Source: Nitrosovibrio sp. Nv4 (GTDB lineage: Bacteria > Pseudomonadota > Gammaproteobacteria > Burkholderiales > SG8-39). From it: a stretch of 62,501 bases of DNA. The position numbers were made by a program, and so were the translations under genes. Under the pieces are notes generated by a model. That model ran no database searches, was not told the DNA's origin, and worked only from the letters and a program-made list of their open reading frames with translations. Numbering within the stretch: the first letter of the stretch is position 1; every line of letters starts with the position of its first letter. Of this stretch, positions 1-9,727 are shown one piece after another. The stretch lies in the NCBI GenBank assembly GCA_945906765.1, contig CAMDRF010000004.1:1-62501 (forward strand). The letters are read 5' to 3'.

Positions 1-675
1 GGTCCCAACGGCGCCGGCAAGACCACGCTAATCAACGCGATCACCGGCGCAGTGCCGCTCGCCGCCGGGCGCGTGCTGCTCGACGGGCAGGAGATCTCGG
101 GTCACGCGTCGCACCACATCGGGCGGCGCGGAGTCGGTCGCACGTTCCAGCATGTGGAGCCGTTTCACGAGATGACCGTGATCGACAACGTGCTGGTCGG
201 GGTCGGCCGTCGCAGTCGGGGACCCTTTCTCGGTGCGGCGCTTAACACACGTTCCGCATCGGCCAACGAACGCGAAGCGACCGCCTTCGCGACCGAGACG
301 CTGGACGCGTTCGGACTGCTCGCTTACCGCAACACGCGTGCGTCGGATCTGCCGTTCGGATTGTTGAAGCGCATGGACCTGGCGCGCGCACTGGCAGCGC
401 GCCCGACGCTTTTGCTGCTCGACGAGCCGACCTCCGGAATGAGTGAATCGGAAGCCGACACCGCGATCGCCACCGCGCGCGAACTGGCGGCGCGGCGCGG
501 CATCACGCTGCTTGTGGTCGAGCACAACATGCGGGTGATGATGGCGCTCGCCGGCCGTATCACGGTCATGCAGTTCGGCGCGGTCGTTGCCGAAGGCACG
601 CCCGAGGAGATCCAGCGCAACCCGACGGTGATCGACGCCTACCTGGGCGAGGAGACGGCCGATGCTGGTCGTTGA
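1..675 (+). CDS. Branched-chain amino acid-type ABC transporter ATP-binding protein (LivG-like), 5'-truncated by window edge
   Basis: Frame open from base 1: Walker A GPNGAGKTTL, signature-like LPFGLLK, Walker B LLLLDEP, H-loop VEHNM, C-terminal AYLG. Confidence 0.9.
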   Translation, partial: GPNGAGKTTLINAITGAVPLAAGRVLLDGQEISGHASHHIGRRGVGRTFQHVEPFHEMTVIDNVLVGVGRRSRGPFLGAALNTRSASANEREATAFATETLDAFGLLAYRNTRASDLPFGLLKRMDLARALAARPTLLLLDEPTSGMSESEADTAIATARELAARRGITLLVVEHNMRVMMALAGRITVMQFGAVVAEGTPEEIQRNPTVIDAYLGEETADAGR

Positions 676-1372
676 GAACCTGCGCTCCGGCTACACCGGC
701 ATCGACGTACTGCACGACGTGCAGCTCGAGGTACCGACCGGTTCGATCGTTGGTGTGCTCGGAGCCAACGGCGCCGGTAAGACCGCGTTGCTGCGTGCGA
801 TTTCTGGGTTGAACCCGGTGCGCGCCGGCCGGATCATGTTCGACGGCGAGAACCTGGCGGGCTCGTCGACTGACACGATCGTGCGCCGCAGGGTGATCCA
901 CATGCCGCAGGGAAGAATGCTGTTCGGCGACATGAGCGTGCGCGAGAACCTCGAACTCGGCGCATTCCTGATCGACGACCGGGCAACCTTCAACGAGCGG
1001 CTGGCGCACGTGTTCGAACTCTTTCCCATCCTCAAGGAGCGTGCGACGCAGATGGCTGCCTATTTGTCAGGCGGCGAACAGCAGATGCTCGCGCTGGGCC
1101 GCGCCTGGATGTCGAGCCCGAAACTGCTGCTGCTCGACGAGCCGTCGCTCGGATTAGCGCCGAAGATCTTCGATGCCATTCTCGACACGGTGCGAACGAT
1201 CCATGGGGCCGGTGCATCAATCCTGATCGCCGAGCAGAACGCGCGCAAGGTGCTGCGCTTGGCCGATCACTGCTATGTGATGGAGAACGGAAAGGTCGCG
1301 TTCCATGGAACGGGCACCGAGCTGCTGCGCGACGAACGCATCGAAAGAACCTATCTTGGAGCGAGTCACTAA
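662..1372 (+). CDS. ABC transporter ATP-binding protein (LivF-like)
   Basis: GANGAGKT, LSGGEQQM, LLLLDEPSLGLAP; overlaps upstream ATPase gene. Confidence 0.92.
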   Translation: MLVVENLRSGYTGIDVLHDVQLEVPTGSIVGVLGANGAGKTALLRAISGLNPVRAGRIMFDGENLAGSSTDTIVRRRVIHMPQGRMLFGDMSVRENLELGAFLIDDRATFNERLAHVFELFPILKERATQMAAYLSGGEQQMLALGRAWMSSPKLLLLDEPSLGLAPKIFDAILDTVRTIHGAGASILIAEQNARKVLRLADHCYVMENGKVAFHGTGTELLRDERIERTYLGASH

Positions 1373-1375
1373 GCC

Positions 1376-2236
1376 ATGAAGATCATCGACGTCCACTCGC
1401 ATTGGGGCACGAAGCGCGGTTACACGCTGCGCACGCCGGAAGAACTCGCCCAGCAGAAAAAGACCTGGAACTCCGAGCCCACTTATCACACCGAAGACGA
1501 GATGGCCGCTTACTTTCGCGCGAGCAACGTGAAGGCGATCCTCGACTTCGGCTTCACGAAGTTCATGCCGCTCGCCGAGGCGGCGCCGATCCACGACTAC
1601 GGCTTCCAGACGCAGCGCGCGCATCCGGACGAAATCCTCGGTCACTGGATCCATATCGACCCGGGCACCGGCGAGGCGAGTGTTCGCGAACTGCGGCGTT
1701 GCATCGATGAAGCGCCGGGCTTTCTCGGATTCGCTGTGTCGGGCTCTGGCAGCGGTCCGGCGAGCGACCCCAAATGGTTTCCGTTTTACGACCTGTGCAT
1801 CGAAGCGGGCGCGCCGGCGTTGATCTTCGTCGGCACGACAGGCCTGGGTGCCGGCCTGCCGGGCGGCAACGGCATCATTCTCGACGACTGCCATCCGCGC
1901 CATCTGGACTTCGTCGCGGCGAAGTTCCCGAAGCTAACGATCGTGGCCGCGCGGCCCGGCTGGCCGTGGCAGACCGAGACGATCGCGGTGCTGATTCACA
2001 AGCGCAACGTCTGGTACGAGGTGCACGGCTGGTCGCCGAAGTATTTCACCGCAGATCTCAAGCACGAGATCGCGCGCCGGCTACGCGACCGCGTGATGTT
2101 CGGTGCCGATTACCCGCTGTTTACCTACGAGCGGCTGGTGCGTGACTGGCGTGCCGAAGGCTTCGACCAGGAGACACTCGACAACGTTTTTCATCGCAAT
2201 GCAGAACGCTTTCTCGATCAGGTGGGGCGCAAGTGA
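1376..2236 (+). CDS. Amidohydrolase_2 family metal-dependent hydrolase
   Basis: N-terminal IDVHSH metal motif, C-terminal MFGADYP and NAERFL. Confidence 0.85.
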   Translation: MKIIDVHSHWGTKRGYTLRTPEELAQQKKTWNSEPTYHTEDEMAAYFRASNVKAILDFGFTKFMPLAEAAPIHDYGFQTQRAHPDEILGHWIHIDPGTGEASVRELRRCIDEAPGFLGFAVSGSGSGPASDPKWFPFYDLCIEAGAPALIFVGTTGLGAGLPGGNGIILDDCHPRHLDFVAAKFPKLTIVAARPGWPWQTETIAVLIHKRNVWYEVHGWSPKYFTADLKHEIARRLRDRVMFGADYPLFTYERLVRDWRAEGFDQETLDNVFHRNAERFLDQVGRK

Positions 2237-3012
2237 ATCTCGAACTCAAGAACAAGGTGGCGATCGTCGGTGGTGCAAGCAAAGGCATCGGCTTCGGCAT
2301 CGCTCACATCCTCGCGCAGGAAGGCGCATCGGTAGCGATTACTGCCCGCCGCGAACCCGAGCTGTCGGCGGCGGCCGAGAGAATCCGCAAGGAAACAGGG
2401 GTACGCGTGCTGCCGATCGTGGCCGACGCGCGCAGGGCGGAGGACTGCCGGCGCATCGTCGAAACCGTGAAAGCGGAGTTCGGCGGGTTGGACATCCTGA
2501 TCAACAACGACGGCGCACCGCCTATCGGCGAAATCATGTCGTTCGACGACGCCGCGTGGACCAAGGCGGTCGAGCAGAACCTGATGTACGTCGTGCGCAT
2601 GGTGCGCGAAGCGGTGCCGTTGATGAAGGAGCGCGGCGGCGGCAGCATTCTCAATATCACGGCGATTTCGGCGATCCAGCCGATTCCGGGATTTGCACTC
2701 TCCGTGGCCACGTGGTCCGGTGTGATCGGCTACGCCAAGACGCTGTCGCTCGAAATCGCACCGTTCGGCATCAACGTCAACACGATTTGCCCGGGTTATA
2801 TCGACACGACCCGGCTGCGAAAAGTGTTTGCGGCCGGCGAGGAGCCGGCGGAAGTCGTGCAGGCTCGGTTGCGCGAGGAGATCCCGGTCAAGCGCATCGG
2901 CACCGTCGATGACATCGGCAACCTCGTTGCATTGCTCGTGTCCTCGAAAGGCTCGTACATCACCGGCGCGGCGATCCAGGTCGACGGCGGCCTGTTGCGC
3001 TCCGTGCGCTAG
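2233..3012 (+). CDS. SDR family oxidoreductase
   Basis: GASKGIG Rossmann motif, DILINN, NTICPG, YITGAAIQVDGG; GTG start overlapping upstream stop. Confidence 0.9.
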   Translation: MNLELKNKVAIVGGASKGIGFGIAHILAQEGASVAITARREPELSAAAERIRKETGVRVLPIVADARRAEDCRRIVETVKAEFGGLDILINNDGAPPIGEIMSFDDAAWTKAVEQNLMYVVRMVREAVPLMKERGGGSILNITAISAIQPIPGFALSVATWSGVIGYAKTLSLEIAPFGINVNTICPGYIDTTRLRKVFAAGEEPAEVVQARLREEIPVKRIGTVDDIGNLVALLVSSKGSYITGAAIQVDGGLLRSVR

Positions 3013-3021
3013 GAGATCGCC

Positions 3022-4644
3022 ATGATCGAAGCACCCCGTCCGCCGAGCCAGGCGACGATCGACGAATACACCGCCAAGGGCTGGTGGGGCAACCGCACGT
3101 TCTTCGAAGTCGTCGAGCGCCACGCGCGCGAGCACCCCGAACGCGAGGCGATGGTCGACGGCCGCCGCCGCATCAGCTACGGCCAGTTCTGGAAGGAAGT
3201 GAAGCGCTTCGCCGAATTCCTGCGACGGCAGGGCGTGAAGCGCGGCGACGTGGTCACGCTGCAGCTGCTGAACCGCATCGAGTTTCCGGTGGTGTTCTTC
3301 TCGCTCGAACTGATCGGCGCGGTGGCCAACAAGATCAGCGCGGATTTTCGTTCGATGGAAGTCGAGTACATCCTGAAGTTCTCCAACTCACGCGTCTACG
3401 TCTGCGCGAGCCAGTTCAAGGGCTTCGATTATCTGGCGATGATCCGCGAGATTCGGCCGCGGCTGCCCGAGCTGGCGATGGTGATCTGTGTCGACGACGT
3501 CGACGCCGCCGACGTGCGCAGCTTCGCCAAGGTGGTCGACGAGACACCTGAGATCGCGGACGCCGACCGCGTGCGCATAGGTCCATTCGAGATCTTGCGG
3601 ATGTGCTTCACGTCCGGCACGACCGGCAATCCGAAAGGCGTCCTGCACTGCACGAACACAACGATGTGCACGTGCGAGCTGATCAACGATGAACTGAAGG
3701 TTACCGAGAAGGACGTGCTGCTCGACTACCTGCCGGTGGGTCTGAACTGGGGATACATCACGCTGGTGCAGTCGGTGCTGGCGGGCGCCAAGGCGATCCT
3801 GATGGAGCGCTTTTCCGCCGAAGGCGCGCTCGAGATCATCAAGCGCGAGAAGGTGACCTACATCCCGACCGCGCCGGCGTCGATCGTCGCGATGCTGAAC
3901 TCGTCCGACCTGAAGAAGCGCGACCTTTCCTCGCTGCGCGTGGTGATCACCGGCGGCGCATCGGCAGCAGTCGAGACGATCAAGGCGTTCCAGGCTGCGC
4001 TGCCGAGCGCGAAGCTGATCGAGCTCTACGGCATGCTGGAGACGGGCTTCCATTCGTTCACCCGGCTCGACGACGATCCGCTGAAGGTCAACGGCACCGT
4101 CGGCCGCCGCGTGAAGGAAATGGGCCTGCGCATCATCGACGACGACGGTAACGACATGCCGTACGGCGAGGTCGGCGAGATCGCCGCGATCGGGCCGTCG
4201 GTGCATTTCGGCTATCTGAACAACCCGGATGCGAACCGCGACAGCTTCACTGGCGACGGCTGGTTCCGCACCGGCGACCTCGGCCAGTTCGTCGACGCGG
4301 AATGCAATGTCCGTATTGCCGGTCGCAAGAAGGAGATCATCAACCGCGGCGGAAAAAAGTATTTTCCGCGCGAGATCGAGGAACTACTGTACGAACACCC
4401 GGCCATCCTGCAGGTGGCGATCGTCGGTGCGCCCGATGCGCGGCTCGGCGAGAAGAACTTCATGTGCGTGGTACTGAAGCCGGGGGCGACGTTGACCCTA
4501 GACGAAGTCGTCGCGTTCCTGCGCGGCCGCGTCGCCGATTACAAGTTGCCTGAACAACTGGAGATCATGGACGCGCTGCCGATGACTCCGACCGGCAAAA
4601 TCCGCCGGCCGGAACTCGTCAAGCAGGTGAAACAGAAAACGTGA
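3022..4644 (+). CDS. AMP-binding acyl-CoA synthetase (cyclohexanecarboxylate-CoA ligase-like)
   Basis: FTSGTTGNPKG, YGMLE, WFRTGDLG, TGKI adenylation motifs; AGGAG RBS. Confidence 0.9.
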   Translation: MIEAPRPPSQATIDEYTAKGWWGNRTFFEVVERHAREHPEREAMVDGRRRISYGQFWKEVKRFAEFLRRQGVKRGDVVTLQLLNRIEFPVVFFSLELIGAVANKISADFRSMEVEYILKFSNSRVYVCASQFKGFDYLAMIREIRPRLPELAMVICVDDVDAADVRSFAKVVDETPEIADADRVRIGPFEILRMCFTSGTTGNPKGVLHCTNTTMCTCELINDELKVTEKDVLLDYLPVGLNWGYITLVQSVLAGAKAILMERFSAEGALEIIKREKVTYIPTAPASIVAMLNSSDLKKRDLSSLRVVITGGASAAVETIKAFQAALPSAKLIELYGMLETGFHSFTRLDDDPLKVNGTVGRRVKEMGLRIIDDDGNDMPYGEVGEIAAIGPSVHFGYLNNPDANRDSFTGDGWFRTGDLGQFVDAECNVRIAGRKKEIINRGGKKYFPREIEELLYEHPAILQVAIVGAPDARLGEKNFMCVVLKPGATLTLDEVVAFLRGRVADYKLPEQLEIMDALPMTPTGKIRRPELVKQVKQKT

Positions 4645-5522
4645 GTGACCCTCGCCGCAGGTCTGACGGATACTCGCCGCTTTCGTCCGAAGGTCGCTGA
4701 CCCGACGCATGGCGCGCAGAGCGATTCGCCGGTGGTTTCTCGCGTTCCTGCTGCTGGTCGTCGCGTCGATCGCCCGCGCCAACGGCCCCTTACTTTCTTT
4801 ATGTGCCGCTGCCGCTTGCCCCACGCAGCGGCAATAAAGCGCTGGACACCCGCTGCGCGGGCGTTGCTTGCCGGGCAGGTGTGGGCCCGGAACTCGGCTT
4901 CGCGCAGAAGTTTGGCGAGGCGAGCGAAGATACGACCGCGATGGTGCTGGCGAAGCTCGAATGGCAGCGGGACATCCTCACTGTGTCCGCTTCCCGGCAT
5001 TCTGGCTCCGTCCTTCACGACCGCAATTGGCCGCTTTCAGTCGATCGCTCAGCACACTCGGATCAGGCGGGTCCATCGCTCACATGGGACGGCTCAAGAA
5101 TCGCTGGCGCAAGACTTGCGCCCAGCACGGCGGACGCTAATCCCCACATTACTCCGTGAAGGCCTCCCACCAGAAAGCCGATGGCACCACCGATGACCAG
5201 CATCGCAACCACCAAGTACGGTCCTCGCGCCAGAGTCCCGCCGGCAGTCCTCCAGAAGCGATAAGCGATAGGCAATTCAATCCTGCTCCTTTCGCGCGCC
5301 TGGCCGTTGGCGACGGGTTGGCGCTGATTCAGCGCTGCCGAGCAATGCGCCGGGAGCATGTTGCGCGTGCGCTCGACCGATTGCTATAACGGTTACGTCG
5401 GGATGGCGCTAATCCTGCGGGGCGTGGGGTCATCGCATGGTGCGAGGGAAGCGCTTGACCTGGCATTGTCTTTCATGCCGATCACGCGGATCGCGTCTAA
5501 TAAAGCAGTACCTGTCGCCGCG

Positions 5523-6115
5523 TCAGTCGATGATGTGGTGGACCGGCGCCTTCTCCATCGCCCACTTGCCGGTATCGCGGTCGTAGCGGAACAGCGTGTG
5601 ATGGGTGACGGACTCCGAGGCCAACAGCCGGTGGTTCAGTTCCCAGGTTCGCTGCAGATGGTGCAGGTCTTCGGCGCCCATGTGGGGCATGTCTTCCTTC
5701 AGCATGGCCAGCAACTCGAGGCCGCGGTTGAGCAGCACGCCGTTGGTCATGTAGTTGGTGCTGATGCCGCCGGCGTATTCGTCCATGATCTTCTCGAGGC
5801 GCTGAAGACCGTGGATCGGCAGGAGGTAACTCGGCGATACGGTCCCGGCGGCGATGCGGCCTTCCGTGAAAGATCCTGAGGAGAACTTGTGGGCGGTGCC
5901 CCGATGGTGTCGCCGGCGCCAAACAGGCCGTCGACCGTCATCATGCGGTTGTAGCCCCACTGGTACTCCTGCGGAGCGTAGTCTTCCGGTCCGCTCGCCC
6001 ACGCGCCCGAGCAGGTGGCGTGAGAGCCCATGACGTAAGGCTCGGAGGTGGTCAGCTCGGGGTTGATGTGCTTCGGGTCGATATGCTGCGAGGTCCACAC
6101 CACTCCCATCGCAGA
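5523..6115 (-). pseudogene. aprA: Relic of a second, divergent APS reductase alpha subunit (C-terminal third only)
   Basis: NPELTTSEPYVMGSHATCSGAW...GYNRMMTVDGLFGAGD, frameshift near 5900, then AHKFSSGSFTEGR...MEKAP; two internal deletions relative to the intact aprA. Confidence 0.85.
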
Positions 6116-6207
6116 CGGTGAACTAAGCAATCGCCGTTGAGGCAATCCCCTTCATGGGTTCGCATCCTTGGCGCGCGAACCGGCTCATCCATGTCACGGC
6201 AGGACGC

Positions 6208-6375
6208 CTACGGCTTTTTCGGCGTCTTGTATTCGGCTTCTTTCTGGAACGGTTCCCAGACGGTTTCGAAACCGACAAACCCCTTTTCGTTCGGCGGCAT
6301 CTGACGCGTGGTCAGAAAACGCGCGCGACCGTCAGGCACCTTGGCGGGGGGCTGCTTGTGCTTTTGCTCGCTCAT
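6208..6375 (-). CDS. Small hypothetical protein, 55 aa (MSEQKHKQPPAKVPDGRARFLTTRQMPPNEKGFVGFETVWEPFQKEAEYKTPKKP)
   Basis: Translated by hand (absent from the ORF track); AAAGGTGA RBS before ATG; GC3-rich codons; last gene of the apr operon orientation. Confidence 0.65.
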   Translation of the reverse strand: MSEQKHKQPPAKVPDGRARFLTTRQMPPNEKGFVGFETVWEPFQKEAEYKTPKKP

Positions 6376-6405
6376 AAGTCACCTTTCTTGCCGTGAATTT
6401 GGAAC

Positions 6406-6948
6406 TCAAACCGGTCTCAAGCGCGACGGATCGATAGCCGGGCCCGCATCGATCGCCCCGCCCGCCATTGTCTCTTTATCGGTCGCGTCGCGCACGGTCA
6501 GTATTTCGAGCTTGAAGACGACCTCTCTGCCGCAAAGCGGGTTGTTACCATCGACCGTCAGCGTCTCGTCGTCCAGGTGCGTCACGAGAAAACTGCGGGT
6601 CTGACCCTTGTCGTTCTCCATGAGCATGGAGGTGCCGACCTGACGATACTCCTCGGGGACGTTCTCGAGGCGATCGGAAAAAACCAGCGATTCGTCCCTG
6701 GGGCCGAAGATCTGATTGCCATCGAGCACCACTTCGATGGTGTCGCCGGCGGACTTGCCCTCGAGCTCCATATGGACGGACGGGGCCAGGATTTCGTTGT
6801 GTCCGTGAACATAGCCCAACGGGAACTCGACCCTGGTGAGGACGTGCCCCGACTTTCCGTCGGTCACCCTGTAGGTCAGCTCGACGAACTTGCCCGCTCG
6901 GACAACTTCGCGGATAACTTCGCGGATGACTTCAGAAGATGGTGGCAC
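6406..6948 (-). CDS. FKBP-type peptidyl-prolyl isomerase (SlyD-like, no His-rich tail)
   Basis: VELTYRV, LGYVHG, FGPRDE, VDGNNPLCG, VRDAT; start uncertain (GTG 6948 chosen). Confidence 0.8.
   Translation of the reverse strand: MPPSSEVIREVIREVVRAGKFVELTYRVTDGKSGHVLTRVEFPLGYVHGHNEILAPSVHMELEGKSAGDTIEVVLDGNQIFGPRDESLVFSDRLENVPEEYRQVGTSMLMENDKGQTRSFLVTHLDDETLTVDGNNPLCGREVVFKLEILTVRDATDKETMAGGAIDAGPAIDPSRLRPV
6899..6934. repeat. 3 x 12-bp imperfect tandem repeat (encodes EVIR-EVIR-EVVR)
   Basis: cggacaacttcg / cggataacttcg / cggatgacttca. Confidence 0.8.
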
Positions 6949-7339
6949 CGAAAATCCTGACCTTTCCATCCTCATAGCCGAGGACAAGCCTGCCGAGCCA
7001 CTCGCCTTGTTTCTTGGTGCTCCGCTGCCGGTAAAGAACCGTCACATGCTCGCCCCGGCGGATGACGCCGAGCGGGTCGACTTCTTCAGACAGAGTCCTC
7101 GCCAGTTCGCTATTCGCGAACTGGTGGCCCGCGACAACCTGGTTCATGGCAAGCGCCATGGCACTGGAAAAGTTCCTCGCGAATTCTCCGTACTTGCCTT
7201 CGTTCGAAGATTTGACGAGGTCGCGCCACAGGGGTCCGGCAATGGTCAGGAGCTCTTCATCGGTTTTCTCGGTGATGTTCACGCGCGCGTCTGCGCGAGC
7301 GGAAGGGACCGGCTTCAAAGGGCTCGTTACACCCGTCAT
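6932..7339 (-). CDS. Hypothetical protein (135 aa) translationally coupled to aprA
   Basis: ATGA overlap with aprA stop; protein-like sequence ending GRLVLGYEDGKVRIFGATIF. Confidence 0.75.
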   Translation of the reverse strand: MTGVTSPLKPVPSARADARVNITEKTDEELLTIAGPLWRDLVKSSNEGKYGEFARNFSSAMALAMNQVVAGHQFANSELARTLSEEVDPLGVIRRGEHVTVLYRQRSTKKQGEWLGRLVLGYEDGKVRIFGATIF

Positions 7340-9204
7340 GCTACTTCGTCCCCAACCAGGTGATAGCAAGGCGCCTTCTCCATGGTGTACTCGCCGCTTT
7401 TCGGATCGCGGCGCGAAACCGTCAGCACGTGCCAGTTCGCGTCGTCCACCTTCATGGCGTCGCCCCGGTAGTAGTAGCCCGGCCAGCGGGTTTCCTTGCG
7501 GAACAGCGTGTGCTGCGTGACGCACTCGGCGGCGCGATGACGGTGTTTCAATTCCCACGCACGCAGCAATTCGTGAAGGTCCTTCGCGGCCAGACTCTCG
7601 AGGTCTTCCTCCATGATACTGAGCTTCTTGAGACCGATATTCAGGAGCTTCTCGTTGGTCATGTAGCTGACGGTGACGCCGCCGCAATACTCGTCCATCA
7701 GCTTCTGCAGACGTTCCAGACCCTGCTTGGGATTGATGTAGTGCGGGTTGACATCGCCCGCGACGACCGCATTCCGGTGGATCCTGTAATGCTCCAGGGG
7801 CTTGAAGATCTCGGCCTTGCGGCGCTCGATCTGCTCGTCGGAGACGACGATGCCTTCGGCCTTGCCGTCGTCGATGTACTTGCAGGCGGCCTTGGCGGCG
7901 AGACGGCCTTCGGTGAACGACCCCGACGAGAAGGCGTGCGGCGTGCCGCCGACCGCGTCGCCGGCGCCGAACAGCCCTTCGATCGTCGTCATGCGGTTGT
8001 AGCCCCAGAAATACTCGGGAGGGGAAATGTCCTCGGGGCCCGAGCACCAGGCACCCGAACAGGTCGCGTGGGAGCCCATGACGTACGGTTCGGACGTGGT
8101 CAACTCGGGATTCTCGTTCTTGGGATCCACATCGGTCGCGGCCCACAGCACCGCCTGGCCGACGGTCATGCCGAGGAAGTTTTCCCAGCCGACTTCTTCC
8201 AGATGGGGATCCTGGAAGGCGCGCATGGTCACCATGTGAATGGGGCCGCGGCCGGCATTCACTTCACTGATGATGCAATGGTTGCGTAGACAGGTCGGGA
8301 TCGGCCTGTGGGTCAAGTGCGAAGCTTCCGGATCGAGATATTCCTTGCCGACCATTTGCTGAAGGGCGGGGAACCACTTCGATTCATACTCCTCGCCCAG
8401 GCAATTTTGCGTATAGGTCTTCAGGTGCAGGAAGTACGCGCCGACCGGGCCATAACCGTCCTTGAACCGCGCCAGCACGATGCGATTTTCCATCTGCGTC
8501 ATCTTGGCGCCGGCATTGATCATGAGCCCATAGGCGGACGCGGACGACCAGGGCGCATACCACGTGCGGCCGGCCCCTTCGCCCACCGAACGCGGCTTGA
8601 AGATGTTGGAGGCGCCGCCCGCGCCGCAGATCACGGTCTTTGCCTTGAAGACGTGGTAGTCGCCCGTGCGGACGTTGAAGCCGACGGCGCCGGCAACCCT
8701 GTTCTCCCTGCCGTCGTCCATCAGCAGGTGGGTGACGCAGATGCGGTTGAAGACCTTGTCCGCCGATTTCTTGGCGGCCTCGGCCACGATGGGCTTGTAG
8801 GACTCGCCGTGAATCATGATCTGCCATCGCCCTTCACGCAGGTAGCGCCCGGTTTTCGGGTCCTTCATGATCGGCAGGCCCCACTCCTCGAACTGATGCA
8901 CCGTGGAGTCGACGTGGCGGGCCATGTCGAACAGCAGGTCTTCGCGCACCAGACCCATCAGGTCGATGCGGGCGTAGCGGACATGGTCCTCCGGGTTGTT
9001 TTCGCCCCAGCGCGTGCCCATGTAGCAGTTGATCGCGTACAGACCCTGGGCGACCGCACCCGAGCGATCGATATTGGCCTTCTCGGCAATGACGATCTTC
9101 TTGTTCTGGCCCCAGAATCTCGCTTCCCAAGCGGCACCGGTGCCGCCAAGGCCTGCGCCGACGACCAGGACGTCGATGCCGTCTTCGATGATCGTTTCGG
9201 CCAT
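7336..9204 (-). CDS. aprA: Adenylylsulfate (APS) reductase alpha subunit
   Basis: FAD motif VVGAGLGG, RSGAVAQGL, WQIMIHGESYK, RFKDGYGPVGA, PHAFSSGS, ETRWPGYYYR. Confidence 0.97.
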   Translation of the reverse strand: MAETIIEDGIDVLVVGAGLGGTGAAWEARFWGQNKKIVIAEKANIDRSGAVAQGLYAINCYMGTRWGENNPEDHVRYARIDLMGLVREDLLFDMARHVDSTVHQFEEWGLPIMKDPKTGRYLREGRWQIMIHGESYKPIVAEAAKKSADKVFNRICVTHLLMDDGRENRVAGAVGFNVRTGDYHVFKAKTVICGAGGASNIFKPRSVGEGAGRTWYAPWSSASAYGLMINAGAKMTQMENRIVLARFKDGYGPVGAYFLHLKTYTQNCLGEEYESKWFPALQQMVGKEYLDPEASHLTHRPIPTCLRNHCIISEVNAGRGPIHMVTMRAFQDPHLEEVGWENFLGMTVGQAVLWAATDVDPKNENPELTTSEPYVMGSHATCSGAWCSGPEDISPPEYFWGYNRMTTIEGLFGAGDAVGGTPHAFSSGSFTEGRLAAKAACKYIDDGKAEGIVVSDEQIERRKAEIFKPLEHYRIHRNAVVAGDVNPHYINPKQGLERLQKLMDEYCGGVTVSYMTNEKLLNIGLKKLSIMEEDLESLAAKDLHELLRAWELKHRHRAAECVTQHTLFRKETRWPGYYYRGDAMKVDDANWHVLTVSRRDPKSGEYTMEKAPCYHLVGDEVA

Positions 9205-9683
9205 TAGTAGTAGACGCCCGTCTTCAGCTTGAGACCTGCCGCCTCGAGCGTACGCAGACCGCCGTCATCCATGCGGATCCATTTCGGCTCGTTGTACAGC
9301 AGCTGGCCGTCGCGCATTTCCTTGCTGGGTCCGGGAACTTCCGCGAGCTTGGGGATCGCCGTCCCCCAGGGCTTGGTGGTGATGGGCGAGAGGAAGTTCT
9401 TTTCCGTGCCGTTGCGGAATTTGATCTTCCAGGCGATCGTGCCCTTCTTTTCGTCGCGCTGGACGCGAACGCTGTGGCCCAGCGGGGCGAAATCGGCATA
9501 GCCGCGCATGTCGATCGCATTTTGCGGGCAAGCCTTCACGCAGGCGTAGCACTCCCAGCACATGCTCGGCTCGATGTTGTAGGCGCGCCGGTAGGTCTTG
9601 TCGATGTGCATGATGTCCGAGGGACAGATGTCGACGCAATGTCCGCATCCGTCGCACCTCGTCATGTAAACGAAGGTAGGCAT
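9204..9683 (-). CDS. aprB: APS reductase beta subunit
   Basis: MPTFV start, CDGCGHCVDICP and CWECYACVKACP 4Fe-4S motifs, RGYADF. Confidence 0.97.
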   Translation of the reverse strand: MPTFVYMTRCDGCGHCVDICPSDIMHIDKTYRRAYNIEPSMCWECYACVKACPQNAIDMRGYADFAPLGHSVRVQRDEKKGTIAWKIKFRNGTEKNFLSPITTKPWGTAIPKLAEVPGPSKEMRDGQLLYNEPKWIRMDDGGLRTLEAAGLKLKTGVYY

Positions 9684-9727
9684 GGGTTCGCTCCCTGGTC
9701 AGTTCGCTGGAATCCGCGGGCTGTCTT

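Noticed and set aside
1-4644. Link between the catabolic operon and the sulfur cluster
   Set aside because: Generic enzyme families, separated by degraded DNA; substrate cannot be inferred from sequence
5380-5501. TAAC/GTT-like triplets suggesting an integron attC site
   Set aside because: No extended imperfect palindrome and no integrase
4645-5520. Several ORFs, including a signal-peptide-like stub at 4709 and a hydrophobic minus-strand ORF at 5063-5359
   Set aside because: No recognisable family, atypical codon use and no clear RBS; probably degraded DNA, so not called
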